Below, one piece after another: positions 47,907 to 55,674 of a stretch of DNA of 58,480 nucleotides. A program made the translations under genes and the position numbers. The notes under the pieces are model-generated. The model searched no databases, was not told the DNA's origin, and saw only the letters and a program-made list of their open reading frames with translations. Origin of the DNA: Oscillospiraceae bacterium (GTDB lineage Bacteria; Bacillota; Clostridia; Oscillospirales; CAG-272). Within the stretch, counting starts at the first letter, position 1. Every line of letters begins with the position of its first letter. The stretch is taken from assembly GCA_015065175.1 (NCBI GenBank), contig SVQV01000001.1:1-58480 (forward strand), given 5' to 3'.

Positions 47907-48680
47907 ATGAAAGAAAATATAAACAAAGAAAAGAACGAATTTGAATTGAATTTACTCGACTTCTTTTATACCTTCAAGAAGTTTTGGGCACTCATTTTTG
48001 CAGTAGCTCTCCTTGCGGCCGCATTAGTCTATCTTTACATTTCGGCAACCTTTGTTCCCACCTATACGGCAGATGTTAAGATATGTGTATTTAACAGTGA
48101 GATAGACGAAAGCGATCCGTTTTCTAAGATAACTAACAATAATGAGTATGCTATAGCAGCAGCTCTTACACAGAGTTATATGGATATTTTAAAGGGAAGC
48201 CGTGATTATTTAGATGATGTAGTCGCGAATTTGGGTATAGCCGCGATAGGATATACTCCCTCGAAGGTGCGTTCAGAGATGTCCGTCGGGCTTGTAGGTG
48301 AAAGCGAGAACTATTTTTACATAAAAGTTACCGATACGAGCGCAAACATGGCAGCGCTTATAGCCGAAGAAATAGTCGAAATTTTTTTCAACGATATTGT
48401 TTATGCGGGAAATCCGTTCCTTGTTGACGATGTGCCCTCTCCCGAGCGTCTTGCCCCATCTTCTTCCCCTGCAATCAGAAATTCGGCAATAGTTTTTGTC
48501 TTGCTGTTTGCTGTCATGCTTTTTGCTATAACGCTATTTCATAAGAATGATAGCCGTATCTGTTTTGCATCCGATATAGAGGAGGCTGTAGGCTATCCCG
48601 TCTTGGGTTCAATACCGTATATCTCAGAACATTCAAAAAAATCAAAGAAGATCTCGGCTCGTTCCGATGAAAGGAAGTAA
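47907..48680 (+). CDS. Wzz/CpsC/YwqC-type chain-length determinant (BY-kinase transmembrane modulator)
   Basis: 257 aa. An N-terminal TM after a Wzz-like lead-in (ELNLLDFFYTFKKFW), an extracytoplasmic region, and a second TM (AIVFVLLFAVMLFAITLF). A CpsD-type kinase gene lies immediately downstream. Confidence 0.75.
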   Translation: MKENINKEKNEFELNLLDFFYTFKKFWALIFAVALLAAALVYLYISATFVPTYTADVKICVFNSEIDESDPFSKITNNNEYAIAAALTQSYMDILKGSRDYLDDVVANLGIAAIGYTPSKVRSEMSVGLVGESENYFYIKVTDTSANMAALIAEEIVEIFFNDIVYAGNPFLVDDVPSPERLAPSSSPAIRNSAIVFVLLFAVMLFAITLFHKNDSRICFASDIEEAVGYPVLGSIPYISEHSKKSKKISARSDERK

Positions 48681-48684
48681 TCAG

Positions 48685-49440
48685 ATGAAATTTTCCAAGC
48701 TTAAAGCAAAAGGTTACGGAGAAGCTAAGAATTACGACGATAAGTTGCTCACCCCTCAAAGTCCCTTTGTAATCTCTGAGTCATACAGAAGCCTGCGTAC
48801 AAATCTTATGTATACAGGATGTACTGAAAAATGTCCTGTGTATGTAATAACAGGCTCGGCAGCCAATGTCGGAAAGTCGCTCACCTGTGCTAATCTGGCA
48901 ATTTCTTATGCTCAAATAGGTAAGAAAACTCTTATCATTGACCTTGACATGAGAATGCCCTCTCAGCACAAGGCACTTAACCTTGAAAATAAAGAGGGTG
49001 TAAGTGCATATCTGGCGGGTGTTACGGACGAACCTAATTTTATGAAAACGGATTTCGAAAATCTTTTCGTAATGGTTGTCGGATGAACGCCTCCCGATCC
49101 TACTGAGCTTTTGAACTCCCCGAGATTCACGTTGCTTTTAAATAAAGCAAAAGAGATTTTTGATGTCGTTTTCCTGGACCTTCCGCCTGTCGGAGTCATG
49201 TCGGATGCGTCTATTATAGCAAAGGATGCTACAGGCTATATACTTGTTGTTGAGTCAGGCGTCACTAACAAAAAAGAGCTGATGCATACAGTAGACATCA
49301 TAGAAAAGGTAAACGGAAATGTACTCGGTGTCATTTTGAACGGTGTTAACCCTAAGTCCGACTCCTATTGGTATGACAAATACGGAAAAAAAGGTAGTGG
49401 CTATTCGTATTACGCAAATCATCTTAATAATCGAACATAA
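48685..49440 (+). pseudogene. CpsD/CapB/YwqD-type protein-tyrosine kinase interrupted by an in-frame TGA at 49084-49086
   Basis: Track ORFs 48667..49086 and 49111..49440 are in the same frame. The SD AAGGAAG favours the ATG at 48685. Reading through the stop gives ...FVMVVG*TPPDPTELLNSPRF... Walker A (GSAANVGKS) and A' (IIDLDMR) lie before the stop; Walker B (VVFLDLPP) and the Tyr cluster (YWYDKYGKKGSGYSYY) lie after it. Confidence 0.8.
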
Positions 49441-49451
49441 GGAAAGTAGAT

Positions 49452-50165
49452 ATGTTTTTATGTGATTTTCATTCCCATATTATGCCGGGGGCAGACCATG
49501 GCTCGAGCGGAATCGAAACTACCGAAAAGCAGATTGAAATAATCAAAAAAAGCGGTGTCGGTTCTGTTGTTGCGACACCGCATTTTTACCCTCATGTGCA
49601 TAGAACGGACAGCTTTTTGGAGCTTCGTCGGCAGGCACTTGAAGAAATGCTTTCATACATAGAAAAAAGCAGCCTTGCTCTTTATCTTGGCGCAGAGGTA
49701 CTTCTTTGCGAAGGAATGGAGAGAATGGAAGGACTTTCGGAGCTATGCATTGAGGGTACAAATGTTCTGCTCATCGAAATGCCGTTTGCGCATTGGAGCG
49801 AGGGGCTTCTTGTCTCACTCGGTAAGATTTGCAAGCTTGGTTTTGATGTGATCATGGCACATATAGACCGCTATCCTTCCGAACAGACGGCAAAAATTTT
49901 TGACTTCTGCGAGCCGAAAATACAGTTGAATGCCGATGTATTTTGTGATATATGGCGAAGAAAAAAATATCTTTCACAGGTGAAAAACGGCTCGGTTTAT
50001 GCTTTGGGAAGCGACTTTCACGGAACTAAGGGGTATGATAAATTTACAAAGGCTCTTAAGTTCTTGGGAAGCGAGAATACCGAGCGAATAATGAAAAATA
50101 CCGAGATGCTTTTAAAGGACGCAAAAATTTACGGAGCTTTCTCAGAAAAAACCGAAACAAATTAA
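49452..50165 (+). CDS. CpsB/CapC-type PHP-family protein-tyrosine phosphatase
   Basis: 237 aa. The N-terminal DFHSHIMPGADHGS and TPH motifs are typical of Mn-dependent PHP tyrosine phosphatases (CpsB/YwqE). Confidence 0.8.
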   Translation: MFLCDFHSHIMPGADHGSSGIETTEKQIEIIKKSGVGSVVATPHFYPHVHRTDSFLELRRQALEEMLSYIEKSSLALYLGAEVLLCEGMERMEGLSELCIEGTNVLLIEMPFAHWSEGLLVSLGKICKLGFDVIMAHIDRYPSEQTAKIFDFCEPKIQLNADVFCDIWRRKKYLSQVKNGSVYALGSDFHGTKGYDKFTKALKFLGSENTERIMKNTEMLLKDAKIYGAFSEKTETN

Positions 50166-50168
50166 TAT

Positions 50169-50213
50169 AAAAAAACATCTGAACGGTTTAATTGCCTGTC
50201 AGATGTTTTTTTG
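50169..50213. terminator. Bidirectional terminator between cpsB and the mutarotase-like gene
   Basis: AAAAACATCTGA (50171-50182) / TCAGATGTTTTT (50199-50210). Confidence 0.7.
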
Positions 50214-50228
50214 TGAATTGAACCTTTA

Positions 50229-51089
50229 TCAGTCAAACGTTATCGTGTGGCGGCGGCTGAAATGCTTATTCGGCTCGCAGACGCTTATGCTATGCTTGTG
50301 AGAAAGGATGCCGTCACAGGTCTCTCCGTCGGGCGTTCCGCACCAAGGCTCGAAGCATATGTATTTAGCATCGGGCTTTGTCCATACAAGGAAGTTTTTA
50401 AAGCCGTCGAAGTCTACGCGTATCTTTCTGCCGCTCGCTCTGTGCAGAAGCGTTGCCGCCTTGAAGTCTATATCGAGAAAGATAAGAGCGTCATGGATAA
50501 AGAAATCTCGCTTAAGCGGTATCTCGTTTTTGTTTTCAATAAGAAGCGTAGAGTTGATCGCGCTGTATTTTCCGTCTACCAGATGATTGTAGAGAGTAAG
50601 AGGCATGTCGAATATTACCGAATATTCCTCAATTCCTTCGGGTGTTGCATATGCCTCGTGAGAGCCGAAGGAGAAATACATTTTTCCGTCCGAGAGGTTT
50701 TCTACGCGGTATTCTATTATTACAGAGTTGCGGCAAAGAGTGAAGCTTACTACGAACTTGAAATCAAACGGGTACATCTTTTTTAGCTCCTCGTTCGAAG
50801 CAAGGCAGAACACCGCATGATCATTTGAAGCTTCTTTTATCTCATATTCGTACAATTTAGCGAAGCCGTGCTTGGGCAAATGATATTCCTTGCCGTTGTG
50901 AATGTATTTGTCGTCTTTGAGACCGCCGCAAACAGGGAAGAGTATGGGAGCTCTTCCTGCCCACACCGCAGGGTCACCGTTCCATAGCAGGTCCTTTCCT
51001 TCAGCGTTTTTCACGCTGTGAAGCTCCGCACCCATGGAATTTATCTCAACCGTGAGAAAATCGTTTTTTATCGTTACTATCTCTGACAT
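50229..51089 (-). CDS. Aldose 1-epimerase family protein (LacX/galactose mutarotase-like)
   Basis: ORF 50229..51155. GGAAAGGA precedes the ATG at 51089 (MSEIVTIKNDFLTVEINSMGAEL...). Motifs LLW...W.G..P.LFP..G and HGF match the mutarotase-like fold. Confidence 0.8.
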   Translation of the reverse strand: MSEIVTIKNDFLTVEINSMGAELHSVKNAEGKDLLWNGDPAVWAGRAPILFPVCGGLKDDKYIHNGKEYHLPKHGFAKLYEYEIKEASNDHAVFCLASNEELKKMYPFDFKFVVSFTLCRNSVIIEYRVENLSDGKMYFSFGSHEAYATPEGIEEYSVIFDMPLTLYNHLVDGKYSAINSTLLIENKNEIPLKRDFFIHDALIFLDIDFKAATLLHRASGRKIRVDFDGFKNFLVWTKPDAKYICFEPWCGTPDGETCDGILSHKHSISVCEPNKHFSRRHTITFD

Positions 51090-51325
51090 TTTGAAAGTCC
51101 TTTCCGTTTCTATTACATATGATACTATTTTACCACATTTTTTCGAAAAAGTCACTATTTTTTTGAAATATATTTATTTTTACACATTGAAAAAGTCGCC
51201 TCCGTCAATTTTACGTCCGAAATAATAGTAGTAGTCCTCATATTTCACCGTAATAAAAGCCGCTATCGCGGCGTGGGTATTATCACGCTTTGATAACGGC
51301 TTCATTATTTGATCAGATATTTGCT

Positions 51326-54300
51326 TTATTTTTTGTACCAATAATAATCATAATAATAAGATATAGATTTGAAATACGTTGCATTTGTCGAAGGATTCGT
51401 CACCGACGTACTTGTACCGCCCGTCTTATTCTGCCAATCAGAATAACTTGTGGTTCGATACCAGGTGGATGTATCTTCAAAGATTATACTCGTAAGGCCG
51501 CTACAGTCATCGAACGCATAAGAGCCGATGCTTGTTACTCCGTTGCTAATTGTCACGCTCGTAAGTCCGCTACAATCTTCGAACGCCCTAGAGCCGATGC
51601 TTGTTACGCCATTGCCAATAGTTACGCTCGTAATGCCACTACAACCGGAGAACGCATAAGAGCCGATACTTTTTCCGCCCGTTATGACTACTGTTTTAAG
51701 AGATAAAGGAACATATTTATCATTGTATGAATAGCTTGATGCACCGAAAATGTAACCAAAATGAGTATTGCTTGTGCCGTCCTTCGTTGCTCCGACAAAG
51801 GGTATAGTTATACTTTCAAGGCCGCTACAGTTATAGAACGCATCTTCGCCGATGCTTGTTACTCCGTTGCCAATTGTTACGCTCGTAAGACCGCTACAGC
51901 CTCTGAACGCATCAGAGCCGATGTTTGTTACGCTATCGGGAATTGTTATGCTCGTAAGTCCGCTACAGCCATAGAACGCCCCATAGCCGATGCTTGTTAC
52001 ACTGTCGGGAATCATTACGCTCGTAAGGCCGCTACAGCCTCTGAACGCTTCATAGCCGATGCTTGTTACGCTGTCGGGAATCTTAACGCTCGTAAGGCCG
52101 CTACAGTCAGAGAACGCAGAAGAGCCGATGCTTGTTACGCCATTGCCAATTGTCACGCTCGTAAGACCGCTACAGCCATAAAACGCAGAAGAGCCGATGC
52201 TTGTTACGCTGTCGGGAATTGTTATGCTCGTAAGTCCGCTACATTTATAGAACGCATCTTCGCCGATGCTTGTTACGCTGTCGGGAATTGTTATGCTCGT
52301 AAGTCCGCTACAGAATCTGAACGCAGAAGAGCCGATGATTGTTACACTATCGGGAATTGTTATGCTCGTAAGTCCGCTACAGTATTCGAACGCATACTCG
52401 CCGATGCTCTTTACACTTCCGTCCGAAGGAATTATGCTATTATTACTTCCCCAAATCAAGGTTCCGCTACTTGTTTCAATTAAACAATTTCCTGCGCTAT
52501 GATAATTTGTATTTCCGCTTTCGACCTCTATACTCGTAAGGCCGCTACAGAGAGAGAACGCAGAAGAGCCGATGCTTGTTACACTGTCGGGAATTGTCAC
52601 GCTCGTAAGGCCGCTACAGCCATGGAACGCATATTTGCCGATGCTTGTCACTCCGTTGCCAATTGTTACGCTCGTAAGGGCGCTACAGCCATAGAACGCA
52701 TCTTTGCCGATGCTTGTGCCGCCCGTTATGACTACTGTTTTAAGAGATGAAGGAACATAATCATCATTATAGTAATAATATGATGCACCGAAAATGTAAC
52801 CAAAATGAGTATTGCTTGTGCCGTCCTTCGTTGCTCCGACAAAGGGTATAGTTATACTTTCAAGTCCGCTACAGCCATAGAACGCAGAATAGCCGATGCT
52901 TGTGCCGCCCGTTATGACTACTGTTTTAAGAGATGAAGGAACATAATCATCATTGTATAAATAGCTTGTTGCACCGAAAATATAACCAAAATGAGTATTG
53001 CTTGTGCAGTCCTTCGTTGATCCGACAAAGGGTATAGTTATACTTTCAAGGCCGCTACAGCCATAGAACGCAGAATAGCCGATGCTTGTGCCGCCCGTTA
53101 TGACTACTGTTTTAAGAGATTTAGGGACGCAACTGCTATTTTCCGAATAGGAATTTGCACCGAAAAGGTAACCAAAATGAGTATTGCTTGTATTGCTCTT
53201 TGCTTCGCCGACAAAGGGAATGGTTATACTTTCAAGCGAGCTACAGCCGCAGAACGCATCAGAGCCTATGCTTGTTACACTGTCAGGAATCGTTACGCTC
53301 GTAAGTCCGCAACAGTCTTCGAACGCATAATCGCCGATGCTTGTGCCGCCCGTTATGACTACTGTTTTAAGAGATTCAGGAACATAATCATCATTGGATG
53401 AAGAAATTGGTGCACCGAAAATATAACCAAAATGAGTATAGCTTGTGCCGTCCTTCGTTGCTCCGACAAAGGGGAGAGTTATACTTTCAAGCGAGCTACA
53501 GCCGCAGAACGCATAAGAGCCGATGCTTGTTACGCTATCGGGAATCGTTACGCTCGTAAGGCCGCTACAGCCTTCGAACGCATAATAGCCGATGCTTGTG
53601 CCGCCCGTTATGACTACTGTTTTAAGAGATGAAGGAACATAATCATCATTATAGTAATAATATGATGCACCGAAAATATAACCAAAATGAGTGTCGCTTG
53701 TGCCGTCCCTCGTTGCTCCGACAAAGGGTATAGTTATACTTTCAAGGCCGCTACAGCCTTCGAACGCATAATAGCCGATGATTGTTACACTATCGGGAAT
53801 TGTCACGCTCGTAAGGCCGCTACAGTCTCTTAACGCAGAAGAGCCGATGCTTGTTACGCCATTGCCAATTGTCACGCTCGTAAGGCCACTACAGTCACAG
53901 AACGCATAAGAGCCGATGCTTGTTACACTATCGGGAATTGTCACGCTCGTAAGGCCTCTACAGTTATAGAACGCATAAGAGCCGATGCTTGTTACACTAT
54001 CGGGAATCGTTACGCTCGTAAGGCCGCTACAGTAAGAGAACGCATTAGAGCCGATGCTTGTTACGCCTTCCGGAATTACAAGCTCTGTAACAAGCTCACC
54101 GTTCAAGTACAAATTCTTTGCATAATAAAGAGGATTTGCATAATAATCACCAAACGTAATTCCGCACCATTTTGCTATATCTGTAATATGAACGCTCGTA
54201 AGGCAGCTACAGCCAGAGAACGCAGAAGAGCCGATGCTTGTTACACTATCGGGAATCGTTACGCTCGTAATGCCGCTACAGTTATAGAACGCATAAGAGC

Positions 54301-55537
54301 CGATGCTTGTTACGCCTTCCGGAATTACAAGCTCTGTAACAAGCTCACCGTTCAAGTACAAATTCTCTGCATAATAAAGAGGATTTGCAGAATAATTACC
54401 AAACGAAATTCCGCACCATTTTACTATATCTGTAATATGAACGCTCGTAAGTCCGCTACAGCCATAGAACGCACGAGAGCCGATGCTTGTTACACTGTCG
54501 GGAATTGTCACGCTCGTAAGGCCGCTACAGCCATCGAACGCATAAGAGCCTATGCTTGTTACGCTGTCGGGGATATCTACCTTTTTGATTTTGGTATTGC
54601 CATAAAAAGCTCTATACGCAATAGCGACAACGGGCAAGCCGTCATGTGTTTCGGGAATTTCTAAAATAGAGCCGTCGCCTGTTGCGCCCGATACCGCGTA
54701 GGAATTACCGTCCGATGAAAGTGTAAATACAGGAGTAAGGTAATCGCCAAGCGCATCGCCATACAAGAAGGTTTCCGTTCCCTTCTCTCCACATGCGCAG
54801 GAATACCAATACACGGCGGGAGACTGTTTTGTTGCCTCACTCTTTAAATATTTACCGTCTGTGTTCTGACAGTCATATGTATGAGGAAGTGTAGAGCCGC
54901 TTTTAAAGGTGTCGGTTCCTATTTCTCCGCAGGCGCAGGAATAATAGTACTCCGCGACTTCGGTACAGGATGCCTTGGATTTTAAATATTTACTGTCTGT
55001 ATTCTGACGGTCATATGTATGAGCAAGAACAGAGCCGCTTTTAAAGGTGTCGGTTCCTATTTCTCCGCAGGCGCAGGAATAATAGTACTCCGCAACTTCA
55101 GTACAGGTCGCCTCGCTCTTTAAATATTTACCGTCCGTGTTCTGACAGTCATATGTATGAGGAAGTGTAGAGCCGCTTTTAAAGGTGTCGGTTCCTATTT
55201 CTCCGCAGCTACAGGAATAATAGTACTCCGCAGGAGTGGTACATGTAGCCTCGGATTTTAAATATTTACTGTCCGTATTCTGCTGCGTGAACTCATGAGA
55301 GTGCACGGGAGGGCCTAACACTACCGTCGATTTTCCTGTTTCGTAATCATAGTTTGCCATATACTTTCTGAGCAAGAGCACGTCGGAGGCGCCTACCACT
55401 CCGTCGCCGTTGGCATCGCCGTAAACAAATTCCGCAGAAGGCTCCTGCGCTTTTAATGTTGTTGCCGATACGGTCACGCTTAACATAAATACAAGCGCAA
55501 GCGAAAGCAAGGTCTTGATAATGGTCTGTTTCTTCAT
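51326..55537 (-). CDS. Secreted giant BspA-type leucine-rich-repeat protein with N-terminal dockerin-like segment and four Cys-containing 46-aa repeats
   Basis: 1403 aa. Signal peptide MKKQTIIKTLLSLALVFMLSVTVSA, then GDANGDGVVGASDVLLLRKYM (one dockerin/EF-hand-like Ca loop). Next come 4x H.YD.QNTD.KYLKSEATCT...EYYYSC.CGE.GTDTFKSGS. After that are dozens of about 23-aa units (IPDSVTSIGS.AF.GCSGLTSVT, LRR_5/BspA type) interspersed with about 60-aa ITIPFVGATKDGTSNTHFGYIFG...SLKTVVITGG modules. Confidence 0.85.
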   Translation of the reverse strand: MKKQTIIKTLLSLALVFMLSVTVSATTLKAQEPSAEFVYGDANGDGVVGASDVLLLRKYMANYDYETGKSTVVLGPPVHSHEFTQQNTDSKYLKSEATCTTPAEYYYSCSCGEIGTDTFKSGSTLPHTYDCQNTDGKYLKSEATCTEVAEYYYSCACGEIGTDTFKSGSVLAHTYDRQNTDSKYLKSKASCTEVAEYYYSCACGEIGTDTFKSGSTLPHTYDCQNTDGKYLKSEATKQSPAVYWYSCACGEKGTETFLYGDALGDYLTPVFTLSSDGNSYAVSGATGDGSILEIPETHDGLPVVAIAYRAFYGNTKIKKVDIPDSVTSIGSYAFDGCSGLTSVTIPDSVTSIGSRAFYGCSGLTSVHITDIVKWCGISFGNYSANPLYYAENLYLNGELVTELVIPEGVTSIGSYAFYNCSGITSVTIPDSVTSIGSSAFSGCSCLTSVHITDIAKWCGITFGDYYANPLYYAKNLYLNGELVTELVIPEGVTSIGSNAFSYCSGLTSVTIPDSVTSIGSYAFYNCRGLTSVTIPDSVTSIGSYAFCDCSGLTSVTIGNGVTSIGSSALRDCSGLTSVTIPDSVTIIGYYAFEGCSGLESITIPFVGATRDGTSDTHFGYIFGASYYYYNDDYVPSSLKTVVITGGTSIGYYAFEGCSGLTSVTIPDSVTSIGSYAFCGCSSLESITLPFVGATKDGTSYTHFGYIFGAPISSSNDDYVPESLKTVVITGGTSIGDYAFEDCCGLTSVTIPDSVTSIGSDAFCGCSSLESITIPFVGEAKSNTSNTHFGYLFGANSYSENSSCVPKSLKTVVITGGTSIGYSAFYGCSGLESITIPFVGSTKDCTSNTHFGYIFGATSYLYNDDYVPSSLKTVVITGGTSIGYSAFYGCSGLESITIPFVGATKDGTSNTHFGYIFGASYYYYNDDYVPSSLKTVVITGGTSIGKDAFYGCSALTSVTIGNGVTSIGKYAFHGCSGLTSVTIPDSVTSIGSSAFSLCSGLTSIEVESGNTNYHSAGNCLIETSSGTLIWGSNNSIIPSDGSVKSIGEYAFEYCSGLTSITIPDSVTIIGSSAFRFCSGLTSITIPDSVTSIGEDAFYKCSGLTSITIPDSVTSIGSSAFYGCSGLTSVTIGNGVTSIGSSAFSDCSGLTSVKIPDSVTSIGYEAFRGCSGLTSVMIPDSVTSIGYGAFYGCSGLTSITIPDSVTNIGSDAFRGCSGLTSVTIGNGVTSIGEDAFYNCSGLESITIPFVGATKDGTSNTHFGYIFGASSYSYNDKYVPLSLKTVVITGGKSIGSYAFSGCSGITSVTIGNGVTSIGSRAFEDCSGLTSVTISNGVTSIGSYAFDDCSGLTSIIFEDTSTWYRTTSYSDWQNKTGGTSTSVTNPSTNATYFKSISYYYDYYWYKK
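51470..54640 (-). repeat. Highly repetitive LRR-coding array (69-bp BspA-type units plus longer modules)
   Basis: Motifs such as GCCGATGCTTGTTAC and CCGCCCGTTATGACTACTGTTTTAAGAGA recur many times (the latter at about 51.68, 52.71, 52.90, 53.09, 53.35 and 53.60 kb). Confidence 0.85.
54752..55303 (-). repeat. Four tandem 138-bp coding repeats (46-aa Cys/His-containing module)
   Basis: Near-identical DNA blocks, for example 54846-54930 versus 55118-55205. Protein repeats: H.YD.QNTD.KYLKSEATCT..AEYYYSC.CGEIGTDTFKSGS. Confidence 0.8.
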
Positions 55538-55623
55538 CTTTTTTCCTCGTCTTATAAATAATTTTTTTGCAAAACATTAACCTGTTATAATAAATATCCA
55601 TATTACATTATATCACCGATTTC

Positions 55624-55674
55624 AAAAAAAGCAAGAGTTGAAGGATAAAAATTCCTTTTATTCTTGCTTTTTAT
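55624..55674 (-). terminator. Orphan intrinsic terminator upstream of the LRR gene promoter
   Basis: AAAGCAAGA (55628-55636) / TCTTGCTTT (55662-55670), with an inner AAGGA/TCCTT hairpin. On the minus strand it is followed by 7 T. No annotated gene ends here. Confidence 0.5.

Noticed and set aside
49084-49086. The TGA in the BY-kinase as selenocysteine or as a reassigned codon (genetic code 4/25).
   Set aside because: TGA clearly terminates several well-defined genes in this window (sufC, lpd, polC, P1). BY-kinases are not known selenoproteins. I see no convincing SECIS-like hairpin in the 40 nt downstream. It is kept only as a nonsense, readthrough or sequencing question in the findings.
51180-51305. 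A 41-codon minus-strand ORF just downstream of the LRR gene (MKPLSKRDNTHAAIAAFITVKYEDYYYYFGRKIDGGDFFNV), whose Tyr-rich stretch echoes the LRR protein's C-terminal tail.
   Set aside because: It has no Shine-Dalgarno sequence. It contains the only terminator-like hairpin (GCCGC-TATC-GCGGC, 51259-51272) for the LRR gene, and it is too short to evaluate. It may be a relic of a former C-terminal extension.
51470-54640. Regularly spaced DNA repeats that could superficially resemble a CRISPR array.
   Set aside because: The repeats are in-frame coding units (69 bp / 23 aa and multiples) inside a long ORF. The 'spacers' are themselves homologous to each other. No cas genes or leader are present.
51290-54664. 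A series of plus-strand ORFs (51290, 51761, 52266, 52499, 53177, 53432, 54188) with a repeating ...RADACY..GNCYARK.ATA.ER... pattern, which could be mistaken for a repeat-protein gene family.
   Set aside because: They are the antisense reading of the LRR repeat consensus (GCSGLTSVTIPDSVTSIG). The minus-strand frame is one uninterrupted 1403-codon ORF with a signal peptide and a coherent domain architecture. The plus-strand ORFs are fragmented by stops.
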